From: Conidiobolus incongruus B7586
Lineage: Eukaryota
Assembly (NCBI GenBank): GCA_000697335.1
Contig: JNEM01011312.1
Coordinates: 1 to 38,730 of the forward strand
DNA length: 38,730 nt
Direction of reading: 5' to 3'
Position numbers and translations under genes: made by a program. This document shows, piece by piece, positions 1-12,013 of the stretch. How positions within the stretch are numbered: the first letter of the stretch is position 1; each line of letters opens with the position of its first letter. Below the pieces are notes generated by a model. The model saw only the letters and a list, made by a program, of their open reading frames with translations, was not told the origin of the DNA and searched no databases.

Positions 1-2705
1 AAATCTAAAATAATAATAATAAAGATTAATTTATAACTTATTATTTTAAAAGCTTAATATTATAAAGTAAACAAAAGTTATTTTTATTATTAGTTATTTT
101 TTTTTCAAAATATGAATATTGATATCTTTAGATTAATATGAGTTTTTATAATAAAATAGTCTAATATTGAATGACTTTTATTTTATTAAATATATTAATA
201 TTTGACAAAATAAAGTTAGATTTTTTAAAAATAAAAAACATATATATTATATATAAAGTCATAAATATATCAATTATTATTATATATAAAGTTATTATTT
301 ATATCAAATTATATTAAATAGATATATTTTTAATTATTAATATTTATTATTCAATAAAAATATAAAAATATAAAAATATTAGAATTATTTAAAAAATATA
401 ATAACCATATTAATAAAGTTATATTAGCATATTCATTCAATTATAAATTATAAGGATTATATGTCAAAGATCAGTGAAAAAGGATTATAAAGCAAAAATA
501 TAAAAATATCAACTTATAAAGTGATTAAAATCACAATATATTTAAATTTTACTTATATTCTTATTCCAAAATTTATCTATCAAATTTTCTTTTTGAAATA
601 TAATGTTATATTTGAAAAACTGCTCTTATACCTAATTGGACTGTAATATAATGGTTTTCAATTATATATATTTTAATATGTTTTATAAATTTTATTCATT
701 TTAAAAATAAAATGAATATCTTTTCAAATATTCACAAAATTTAATTAATTGTTAATAGTTAATATTGAAATCGAATTCAATAATGATAAATGATTTATTT
801 AATTTGTGCTTAAGAATATCAATATACAAGTGACCTTATATATCAGTGTGGACATTAAATAGCGATAAATTATTCAAACTATCTTAAATAAATGATAATG
901 AATTATTTGTGATTTTATTTTATAGACAATCCTCGATAATCGTAATTTATTTTGAGCTTGTCTTTAAATGTAAATATATTTTCTCATTAAATCTTAAGAT
1001 GCTTTAATTGAATAGAAACAAGTTATGAACATTAATAAAATTTTATATTTTATAAAAATATTTAACATCAAACAAATATCAAAGTTGATTAATATAATAT
1101 TTAAAAATATCAATATATAATACAATATTAATGATATTTGCGACCTTTTTATATTCAGGAGATTTTATAAAAGTAAAACAAGAAAATTTTCAAGTTTTGA
1201 AATATTTGTTTAATATTCAAATCTTTATAATTTACTCCTTTTAGTAATGAAATATATTTGTTAATTATATTCATTATTAGATGATAAATAAATCTAATTT
1301 TAAAGTCAGTGTTCTGCTTAATCTATATATATATATATATACTATTAATTTATACTAGAGTTTTGGATACAATATTTAATTTCTGTTGAGTCACTATCCA
1401 AAGTTCATATCTACTAAAATTATAAAAGATATCGAAATATAGAATAATATATTATATAATTTATTATTGTTCATATTTCATATTTCAGCAAAGCCGAGTA
1501 TATCAAATCATTTTCGAATTTGTATTGTGGAAGATATAATTTAAAAATAATTAAACTATGATAATTATTGTTACTGATATTTTATAATATTAATTTATGG
1601 TATCGGAGCGGTTAACAATATTTATATTATGCAACATTATGTAAATTTTAACTACCATTTAAATATGTATTTCATAGATCATTATTATTAAATTGAGTTG
1701 CAAAATTAATGTTCAAGAAAATATATAAATGATAATCAAATTAATAGATTAATATCATATATCAATCTAATCGATATCAAAAATTATAATAACAGCATTT
1801 ATTTAAATTTTTATTAAATAATTTATTCCATACTATATATTTAAATTAATTTAATAAGTACCACCTTATAATTGACTTCAAAGTACTAAAAATTTTAATT
1901 TTAAATTTGAACCATAAATTTAATATTATTATATAAATTGTTTAATAAAAATATGTATAATGTATTATAATATCTAATTATTATATGTTTATAATTTACT
2001 TTGCTTTTTTCTCAATTCAATTCTAAAATAATGCTTAAAAAATTTATCACTATTTGATTTCTGCATTACTAAATTTTGCTTTTTATAATTCTTTAATAAA
2101 AAATATATTTATATAATTATGAGGATATTTCATTTTTAATAATTATAATAAACTGTGATGATTGTAGTTTCATCAAAGGTATAATAGTAATTATAGTTTG
2201 AATAAAATATATTCAAATTATAAATAAAAGATATTCTCAACTATTTATAAATATTTGATTTTATAATTTATCTCTCCTAAACTTTTAGATTTCAAGACTT
2301 AAATATATATTCAAAATAAAATAAGGATTTTAATAAAAAATATCTAATTTGATTAAAATAATTTTAAATATATTATAAATCTAAATATATTTTTATATAT
2401 TTTATAAAATAAATTTTTTTTAATATAATTAAAATCAGAAAAATTATACACTGAAAACTGATTAGTTCAATTTAATAATCATTGGAAGTTTGAGGTTTGT
2501 GTCAATTTGTTATAATTTTGTATTTAATGACCAAACACAGAATACTAAACTATAAATTTATAAAAGATCTATTGAAAATATAAATAAATTGTAAGAGAAA
2601 AAAACAAATATATTGAAAATTATTATGAACACTTAATGATAGAGTGAAAATATATTTATAGATACTGTGCCAATATATTTTAGTCAATAAATGTTAGAAA
2701 TAGAA

Positions 2706-3804
2706 TCACAGTGTGTTAGATTGACTGTTGATTTGCTCAATAAGTTCAGAAATAAGTGATATTTGTGGTTTTTCGGGAGGTTGAGTTTGTGAATCTTCTT
2801 TTACTTTGAATTGTTCAATTGGTTGTTCAGTAGGCTGGTCTTCTGTGATCTCAATGTGATTTGAATTGGCTTGGTTAATTGTTGTCTCTTGTGGTAGTGA
2901 TTGATTAGTAGTCTCTGGATTCACATCCTCGGTGGTGGTAGGATCCACATCAACTTGTTTTTGATCAGCATCGTTAGTGGCTGTTGGATCAGAAGCTTCG
3001 TCGTCGTCATCAATTTGAATAGGGATTGTGGATAGATTGGGAGGTACCAGGGGGTCTGGTACACCATCGGGCAATTGAAGAGGTGGAAATGGCTGATATG
3101 ATTGGAATTGTTCAGAAGATATTTGAGGATCTATGATACGTTTGCTTTGAGGTACTGGTAAACTAACTGGTTCAGCACTGCGCTCAAGGATCAATGTACG
3201 TTTATTATTCTCTTCTCGTTCCTTAATTTGGCGTTCAACACTCTTTCCAGCTTCTATGTCACGTTGTAGTATTTGTGGAAGACTGGAATTATCGACACCT
3301 TCAAAATCGTTCCTAGCTTTGGCAACTAGTTTCTTCAACATTTCAGCTGATACTGTGCGAGGGTCAGGTAAAGGAGTCAAATTTGGTTTCGGTGGGAGAT
3401 CTGTTGATTTGCGCTAAAACATATTTAATAAACTTTCCACTACAGATTGAAGTTATATTTAGTAATAAAGGCTTTACCTCAGGTTTGAGATAATGGTCAG
3501 CAACAGCTGCTAAATAAGCCAAATTAGATTGTAATCTTGCTTGATATCTATAAAAAGGGAGTTATTAATATCAATTTGCAAAATTGAACATATAATAGTT
3601 TACATGGCAAAGTCAGGGTCCGAAGTCCAACCTTTATTTTGGAACTCGACACATACTTTGATCAAGCCAGCATTAATTTCTAATATCTATTTCCAAAATT
3701 ATATGTTAATACAATATAAAATTAAATTATATTAAAATTACTGTTTGAATAACATTGGAAGAAAGTTCAGGACAAATACTAGGAGCAATTTCTTCTTCTG
3801 GCAT
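2706..3804 (-). CDS. SSXT (SS18 N-terminal / GIF / Snf11-like) domain protein, putative SWI/SNF-associated co-activator, ~307 aa, 4 exons
   Basis: Exons 3804-3742, 3686-3604, 3547-3478 and 3413-2706 are joined by GT-AG introns in a consistent frame. The spliced N-terminus VIQTILEINAGLIKVCVEFQNKG...YQARLQSNLAYLAAVAD matches the SSXT consensus (IQ.LLDEN..LI..I...QN.G....YQ..LQ.NL.YLA..AD). The C-terminus is a Pro/Gln/Thr/acidic disordered tail. Confidence 0.85.
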
Positions 3805-5918
3805 ATTTTGTTTAATTTATAAAATTTTAAAAATGATTAAATATAATAAAATGTACTTTAAATACAAAAAATGTTGAAAATATTTAAAAAGATATTAGAT
3901 TTTAAATAATCAACTCGCATTGAATTAATCAATTTAATCACAGTTTAGTTATAGAATTATTATGGGATTCCCCAAAATTCTTATTTTTTCAATCATTTTT
4001 AGAAAATTTTTGTTAAATTTTATATTTTAATATTATAATTTCAATGTAAATTACTTGTAACAATCCAATTATGATATATTAGTGGTTAGTTATTTTAATT
4101 CATTCATCAGTTTAGCATTATTACATTTTTTTATATAAAATTAATCAAATTTTATTTGAATTGAAAGTTGAAACTGGTCATTCAATTCATCATTTTTAAG
4201 ATAATTTTGGACAGCTTGGTTGGTAAATTTGCAGTATAATAAAATAGTGTTTTTTGAATTTTACTTATATCATCAATATGAAGTGCTCATTTCAAATATT
4301 GAATTTAGTAAGCAATGATATATAAAAACCTACTGATAACAAATAAATATTAGTACATCGATATAATTTTATAGATTAATTATAAATGAATATGATATGT
4401 GTAATAAGATGCAATAGTATAAAAATTAGCTTACTAACGACATTTAAACTTTGAGAAGATTACTGTCTTCACTCATCATCTCTGTTTAATCCCCTCATGG
4501 GAATGAAAACCATTGAGTGTATCTTTACACATAACAAACTCTATTATTTGTAATCAATATGTTTTTGATTTCATTAATGAAACATTTTGAGCTTTGTAAT
4601 TCTTATTTCATAGCTTTCTGGATTAAAAATCAAAACTATTCTAAAAATATTTAAGATAGAAACTCTTTCAATATAAATTTTTTTACAATTTGATATAATT
4701 CGTCCGAGCAATATTTATCAATGTAAAATGTTGAAAATTTTGAGTGTAAAAATGAAAATGATGTAATTGTTAATTATTATATAATTATTTATTCAAATAA
4801 TAACTGCTTTTTAATTGTAAATCTTAAGATAATATACTTTTTAAATCCGATTTGCTCTATTAATAATTAAAAAGTTGGATAAAATAAATGTTAGGTTTAT
4901 AATTTTCAGATTGTAACTATAAAATGTGATAATTATTATAAAATTGAATTTTTTGCTTTCAAAATCATATCATCTATTAATAAATTTATAAAATTCTAAG
5001 TCAAAATTACTTAATAACTAATATATTAATCAGTAATTATTGTGATGATTTAAAAGGTATCTGATTTAAATATTAATCGTTATCAACAAGAAAATATTGC
5101 ATTGAATGATAAATGTTTGTTGATTTCTATCCCAAACAAGTGTGAAAATTAATTAAAATAATTTGAATAATAAAACCAATTTGAGTGAAATTAAGAATTA
5201 TTTTCAATATAATTATAGCTTATATAATATCTTGTTTTATGTATAAGTTTTATAGATAAGATAAAATATCAATACAATAGCAGTACATATTCATCATAAT
5301 GACCTTGATTTGGTTATTTAACATCTATCCGAGCTCCTTTAATATTAAGTAAAAAAATTGATATCAGTGAGCAAAGTGATGATCTTAGGTCTTTGTATTG
5401 TACTATTCTATATTGACTCGACTGATCAATTATTGTTGTTTTGAATCAATAACATGATTAGGTATTTTTTAATCTTTGTAATTATAAGCTGACACTAGCA
5501 TTTAATTAATAATAGAATATATTCATATACCTTTTTTATGATTTTAAATCTGTTCACAAGCAAATAATTTCAAATTATAAATTCCTATTAATTTTATAAT
5601 TTTCATCTATATCAGTTAATAAAAAAATTTTGTTTTCAAACCAAATTTGTGCAATTTTTTAATTTTAAAAAGAACGATCCAATCAGTGTAGAGAAAGTTT
5701 CATATAATTAATTTCTTTAGGTAAAAGTGATATATATTGTTCCTTATGTCACTTAACAAATAAATAAAATTCACTTCGTAATCTGATAAAATTCAAGTTT
5801 TAATAGGGTATAAAAATGAAAATATCAAGAAATCCCATAAGTTAGACAGTGCATAAATCAGTTTAAATTTATTCAAAATGATCCCTAGCTCGAAATCAAT
5901 AATACTTAAGTTACAAAA

Positions 5919-7388
5919 ATGTCAACGCCTCTCAAACATACAATACCATTAGACGAAGTACCAATTGAAGATTGGATATCTGTTACAAAAAGAATTAAAA
6001 TTGACCCTAATATTCTAACCAAAACACTTGATCAGTTGCTCAATCCTAAATACAGGACTAATACTCCCTTTTTCGACTTACTCAAGTCACATTATCAATA
6101 TAACGAACCCTATAAGAACCAAACAACAGAATTCGGAGTTGAACCATTCAAACACTTTATTTTAGAAAAACTATTTAGTAACCGATTTCTATCTCAAGTC
6201 AAGCAAGAAATCAATGAACTGGTAAAATTTGAGTTAAAATCGAATGACCTTTACAGATTTCATCAAAGCAATGACTTGAAGGGCATACATTCACCTTTAT
6301 TAAAACTATTAAAATTATGCTTGTATTCCAAAGAATTCGTCGATTTCTTGGGCAATTTATTGGATATTGAGCTATTTCATGACAAGTTGGATGTTTCCAT
6401 CAGCAGGTATGATAAAGGAGATTATTTACTATGTCATGATGATCACATCACAACAACGACTACTGGGCGTCGCGTTGCTTTTATTCTTTACCTCGTCGAC
6501 GAAGACTGGGACGAAAACTGCGGCGGCGAGTTGAGTTTATTTGATGTCAAGCCACCAGGACTTCATCCCAACAACAAAGTAACTAAGTTGGTTCCCAAGT
6601 GGAATCATCTGGCTTTCTTTGAAATTGGAAATCACTCATATCACCAAGTTGAAGAGGTACTATCAGCCACAAAGTCCAGACTATCTATTGTTGGATGGTT
6701 CCATGGCCCCTTGCCAACTAAAGTACCACCCATGATCACTTACTCCCCTCTTGATTTCAGAGTCGCTGGCAGTGAGATCACATTGGAACGCTTTGTCAAT
6801 CCCACTTACCTTAAATCTGAGAGCTTGGAAAAAATCCAGAATAGATTCATTGATGAGAGCTGCATTGAGCTAGGCGACTTCTTGATTAAAGATGTATTTG
6901 ATGAAATCATCTCCCAACTGGCCTCAGTCTCAAACAGGTGGAGTGCATTCGTTGGACCCCCTCACCTACGCCGCTATCGAGTATTGAAACCCACGATTGG
7001 AGAAGACTCTCCTACAACAAAATTGGATGATCTCATCAGCTTTTTTAAAACCACAATCTTTAAAGATTATCTCAAGCAACTAACATCTTTGACCCTTTGT
7101 AAAATGCTGCTAGAGACCCGCCAATTTACTGCTGATTGCTACACCATGGTTGTCGACGATGCTAACGAGCCTTTTGGTTTGGACGTAGTACTCACGCTTA
7201 TTCCAGGAGGAGCTATTCACTATATTGCAGACGAGGAGACTCTTCTTACACTTGAAGGTAGGGCCAACTGTCTTCAACTAGTACTACGAGATGAGGGAAC
7301 CTTACGATTTTTGAAAAAGTTACCCAGAGATTTTGAAGGATCTCGAGTGGATTTGAGTATGGTAGGGCTTGAACCCAATTCCAACTAG
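5919..7388 (+). CDS. TPA1: Prolyl 3-hydroxylase Tpa1/Ofd1/OGFOD1 (2OG-Fe(II) oxygenase), 489 aa, intronless
   Basis: Motifs DLYRFHQSNDL, YLLCHDD (HxD), RRVAFILYLV.W...GG.L.LF, SYHQVEEV (distal His) and RLSIVGWFHGP are present. A C-terminal Ofd1-like domain follows (GPPHLRRY, LVLRDEGTLRFLK). Confidence 0.93.
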   Translation: MSTPLKHTIPLDEVPIEDWISVTKRIKIDPNILTKTLDQLLNPKYRTNTPFFDLLKSHYQYNEPYKNQTTEFGVEPFKHFILEKLFSNRFLSQVKQEINELVKFELKSNDLYRFHQSNDLKGIHSPLLKLLKLCLYSKEFVDFLGNLLDIELFHDKLDVSISRYDKGDYLLCHDDHITTTTTGRRVAFILYLVDEDWDENCGGELSLFDVKPPGLHPNNKVTKLVPKWNHLAFFEIGNHSYHQVEEVLSATKSRLSIVGWFHGPLPTKVPPMITYSPLDFRVAGSEITLERFVNPTYLKSESLEKIQNRFIDESCIELGDFLIKDVFDEIISQLASVSNRWSAFVGPPHLRRYRVLKPTIGEDSPTTKLDDLISFFKTTIFKDYLKQLTSLTLCKMLLETRQFTADCYTMVVDDANEPFGLDVVLTLIPGGAIHYIADEETLLTLEGRANCLQLVLRDEGTLRFLKKLPRDFEGSRVDLSMVGLEPNSN

Positions 7389-7630
7389 TTTTGATTCAAA
7401 AACAATTTTGTCTGAAAATAAGTGTAATGCATATTTATGTTTCAGTTTTTTTATTACTCAAAATTACATTTACAAATATTACTGTATGAAAAATAATAAT
7501 TTGTCTATGTTATCATTTTCAACAAGTTGACATATATATATATATATATATTTATATATAATGCTTTTTTTATTAAAAAATTAACTTATCAAGGTTTGTT
7601 ATTTAATTATATTTAAACTTAATAATAATC

Positions 7631-8600
7631 ATCAAAAGCCTTTTATTTTAATATTAATAAAACTTAAATATTTCAAAATTATTTAAAATTTACAAATAAC
7701 TTTTAAAAATAAGGTTTCATTTAATCAACTATTTAACATTAAGTAATTAACTTCAAAACTAAAAGAAAATATTTAAAATTTTTAAATTTAAAAAATTACT
7801 TTCAATAATTAATTTTTATTATTAATAAACTAAAAAATATATTAAAAATAGCTTTTTATTTTAATTAAAGGATTATTAATCTACTTTATTATTAGTTATA
7901 TAAATATATTATATATAATAATATTTAACCTTTAGTTAATTAATAAATTTATTAAATAAATATTTTATAGTTTAATCAAAACTCAAAAAAACACATAAAA
8001 TAGCTTTAGCTAAATAAAACTTACTAAAGTTTAATTAAAAACTATAGATTTTACAATAACTTATTATAATTAATTTTAAATCTTTTTGTAAAATTTCTTA
8101 TTAGACCATAAATTAAAATATAAAATTAATTTAAAATAATCCTTTATATGTATTTTAATAAATACTTTATTTATAAGAAAATATTAATTATTATATCAAA
8201 TTATAATAGTATTTATTATTCTTATTTAATTATTAAAGGTAAATCAATTAATAATATATTTAATATTATTTCTATATATAAAATTATTATTAATAAGTGT
8301 TTTTAATATAATTTTCAAATACCTATTTCTTAAAAAATAAATATAAAAAAATATTTTTAATTAAAAATAAATTAGAAAAAAAATACTATATTTCATATAT
8401 TCACTAGATTATAGCTTATATAATTATAATTACTTTAAGCAATTAAAAAATTAGCTTATAGAGAAGAAAATTTTCATAAAAAAATTTAATTGGTTTATAA
8501 AATATTAAATTTATACTTTTAATAAAAAGAACTATTTTTAAGTGTTAGAAATTTGCAAAAAGTATAACAAAAAATTAACAATAATAGAGTGTTTTGATTT
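7631..8600 (+). mobile_element. Dead Tc1/mariner (mariner-type) transposase relic, copy A, heavily transition-mutated
   Basis: 7957-7989 TAA ATA TTT TAT AGT TTA ATC AAA ACT CAA AAA reads as a degraded W-I-P-H-x-L-T-E-A-Q-K (WVPHEL motif). 8398-8427 TAT TCA CTA GAT TAT AGC TTA TAT AAT TAT reads as a degraded YSPDYSPxDY (YSPDLAPSDY motif). The block is colinear with the reverse complement of 18550-19525. Boundaries are approximate and no TIRs were identified. Confidence 0.75.
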
Positions 8601-8988
8601 TATATTTTATATTAAAATTTTTATTATTTAAAATTTAGAGTAATAGATTATATAAATTTTATAGTAAATTTTGCTGGAGTAATAATTGTTAACTCTCAGG
8701 ATTTTGAATGCTGCTATGAGTTTGATTCTCTAGCAGAGCTTGAAATGGTTGTATCATCTAATTTTTTCAATATTTCAACTGACATATTTTATATTTTATA
8801 TATTACTATAATAATATTTTTTTCAATGAATTTGGCACTGCTCTTTACTATGATTACTCAAACACATTGATTCAAATCAACAAGATATAAGTTGAGTTTT
8901 ATAATGATGACTGATTCATTAAAAATTTACTGAAATGAATATTAAAATATCATCTTTTATCTATTTATTAGTTAATTCAATTAATTAA

Positions 8989-10489
8989 TTAGAATGGATT
9001 ACAATTACAAATGGTAGCTAACCAGCCGAAAGAGACTAAACTACCCAGAGCTAAACCAATGGCTAGGAATAAAGCCATTAAACTACTGAGTGTACTCTTA
9101 GATTCTAAATTGACTTGTGAAGGAGCTGCCATCATTGGAGCGGATCCCAAGTAACCATTAGAGAATCCGAATACGAATACGAGGATGAGGAATGCTGTGT
9201 CGTTGCCAAATATATTTTTTAATACTCCGGGAGTGTTGGGACCAAGGAAGACGTTGTTGAATAAGAAGTAAGGAATAAACAAAGTTCTCAATAAACTGAT
9301 TAAGGTGAGAGGAATATAATGTGAGATATAGAGCTGAGGAATGATTGGCACAGTTTTGCCCAAATAGTCACCAATATTGAATAGAAGGAAGTGAATTGAG
9401 ATAAAGTATTTGGTTAAAAAGCTCACATCTTGGGACATAGATGGAATGGCAGCCGTCACAGATGGGAACAAACTTAAGCTAATGACGAACGAATAACAAA
9501 CTGTAAACATGTAGGGCCAGAATTTGCGAATCAACTGGTAAGTGGTCTGGATCTTCAAACGTGGAATTACATCCATTGGTGAGCTGACTTCATCTGCTGT
9601 CGTTTCCATGACGGTATCAGTTTCAAGAACTTTCTTAGCGTAGTATTTGTAGAGGGGTTGATGTTTGAGTGCAAAGAAAGCGAGAGTAGCTACTATCATG
9701 AAAACTAGAGAAGCTGAGAAATAAAGTTTGGATTGGAGGATCAAAGCGTATTCTTTATCCTGAGAAGTTGAATTTTCTTGGGCGGATATGGCAAATACGA
9801 ATTGAGCGATTGAAACACCAAGACCTGCGAGACCCTGACCACTGATACAAGCTTGAATATAAGTAGGACCACAGATCGCGGAAAGTGCAAACCCATCACT
9901 ATTGATAATAGCACCTAATAAACTTTCACAAACTAAAAGAGCTAAAGTTAAACCAAAAAATGTATCACCATTAACTTGCTGAAGTTGAGAAATAGTTAGC
10001 ATGCCAATAAATATAAGAATGCCAATAGATAGAGCAATTAAAGTCCTCTTAAACAAATGTCTGTTTGACTGAGTCATAATAGCTAAAGAACGAAATAATA
10101 AATTACATAACATATAGGTTACGGATATATATTGTCTAAAATTTGTTTCAAATCGACTTCCTTGTAACTTATATTGAAAAAATTCTGAAGCGGTAATAAA
10201 TACTATACAAATTTTAAAAATTAATATTTTTATATTATAAAAATTAAAAAAAATTACCATTCCAACCAAGTAAAGTGGCCATACCCTGTAAAAAGAAAAT
10301 AATATAAACCCAACCATACTGGTCGTGAGGGGGTGATTCTTCAACAACATCTATTTTCCTACTCTTTACAATATCTTTTTCATCTTGAAAAGTGCCAAAC
10401 TGTCTTTGATTTATATTATTTTCATTAGAGGTCATTATCAATGGAGTTTTATTAGTGTTTATAGTTATTCTAACATTATCAAACTCCAT
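8989..10489 (-). CDS. Equilibrative nucleoside transporter (ENT/SLC29, Fun26-like), ~481 aa, 2 exons
   Basis: Exons 10489-10258 and 10202-8989 (55-nt intron) splice to QGMATLLGWNVFITASEFF, the ENT TM1 signature. Also present: YIQACISGQGLAG, SLSLFPSVT, LLFNIGDYLGK, RTLFIPYF and FGFSNGYLGS, plus multiple hydrophobic helices. The start could instead be the downstream ATG (MTSNENN). Confidence 0.92.
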
Positions 10490-12013
10490 TTTAAAGGCCT
10501 AAGATTATATATATATAAAGCTGGTTAAATTAAATTAATTCTCATGATGAATTGAACTTACTCAACATTTCTTGTATTTTTATATGAGTGCACATTATTA
10601 ATCAATTCAATAGAAATTAAAGCGGTAATTGAAAATTACTAGAAATGGAATTAAGCCACTTTAATTATGTAATAAAACGGAAATTTTATGATCATATGTG
10701 ATTTAATCATTTTGATTTTTTAATAAAAATATAACAAAAAATATAGTAATTATGATATTTATTATTTTTTACAAATAAAAATATATAAATTCTTCAAATT
10801 TAAAGCTAAAATGATATATTCGTTTGAAAATCACTTTTCACCATTAATATTGATAAAAATACAAATAGATCTTTATTGATATTTTTCTATTTTTACTATT
10901 GTTTATTATTAAATACTTTTATAATAAGATTATACAATATACATAATTATGTTACTTTTAAAATAAAAATAATACTTTTTTAATTTTTTTCAAATTGTTA
11001 TTCAAAGATTCTATTGATTTATACTATAATTGAATATTATAATGAATTAAATCTAAATAAAAGAAATTAATTTTGATTTTACCTAATTATGTTTAATTTA
11101 TAATCGATTCTTACATTTTTACCAAATTCTATAATGCTATATCTAATATAAATGAGAACATTACTAATCACACTGTTTTCCATTGTACAATTGTAATCAT
11201 TCCTACTGTAATAAATCAAAATGAAATCATTATCAATTTATACAATACTTTTAATATGGTTTTTGTCAAATAGGTTATAATATATCTAAATATTAATAAA
11301 AATGAAAAATATGAAAATAAGTTAGAATAAGAAGAAATTTTATGAAAAAAAACTATAAAAAATTATTAAATTTTGTATAGCTAATTTAAATATATTGATT
11401 AATTACCCAATTTGTATTCATATGGGAAAATTGTAAACTGATTAATTTAAGATAAAGGCATTTAAGCTACTGATAAATTGACAATTGATCTTTGTAGATA
11501 AGGTATTAGTTTGATAAGTTAATAATTTTATACAAACTATAAAAATTTGGTGATAGAAATAACTTTGAAATTTTTAATTTTTATTATTAAGAAATTTATT
11601 TAATTAATAATTTAACTATCTTGACACTAAGCTAAAAACTTTTTTTCATTTATTATCAGATATAATTTTGTTTATACACTTTATCGAGTAAACAATTAAG
11701 AAAAAAACTAAAACTATATAGTCATCACCCAATATACTTAAATAAAAATTTTTAATTTATTATCATTATTTATAACAAAATTATCAAACAACTACTATAA
11801 ATAATCTTATGGAAACATTTAGTATAGTCAATTGTATTAATATAAAACAATATGACAAATATTTATTATATATGAAAATGACAAAATATCGATATAATAG
11901 TAACAATAATTTTACAAATGGCTAATTTTGATATTGGTCCATGATGAATAGCTAAGCTTGGATAATTTAAAAACCATGATAAATATGATATATGCTAATA
12001 AAAATCAATGCTA

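Noticed and set aside
1..520. Extremely AT/TpA-rich blocks at the window start and end (also ~38200-38730) as further transposon relics
   Set aside because: Their composition resembles the mariner relics, but I could not recover any motif or alignment, so they remain unsupported.
7631..8600. Initial reading of this block on the minus strand as a decayed MFS transporter
   Set aside because: The hydrophobic appearance is an AT-bias artefact. The opposite strand gives mariner motifs in the correct order in both copies.
10203..10350. N-terminus of the 453-aa ORF call (MLLKNHPL...)
   Set aside because: It reads through a 55-nt intron and the wrong frame of exon 1. The spliced model restores the ENT TM1 motif.
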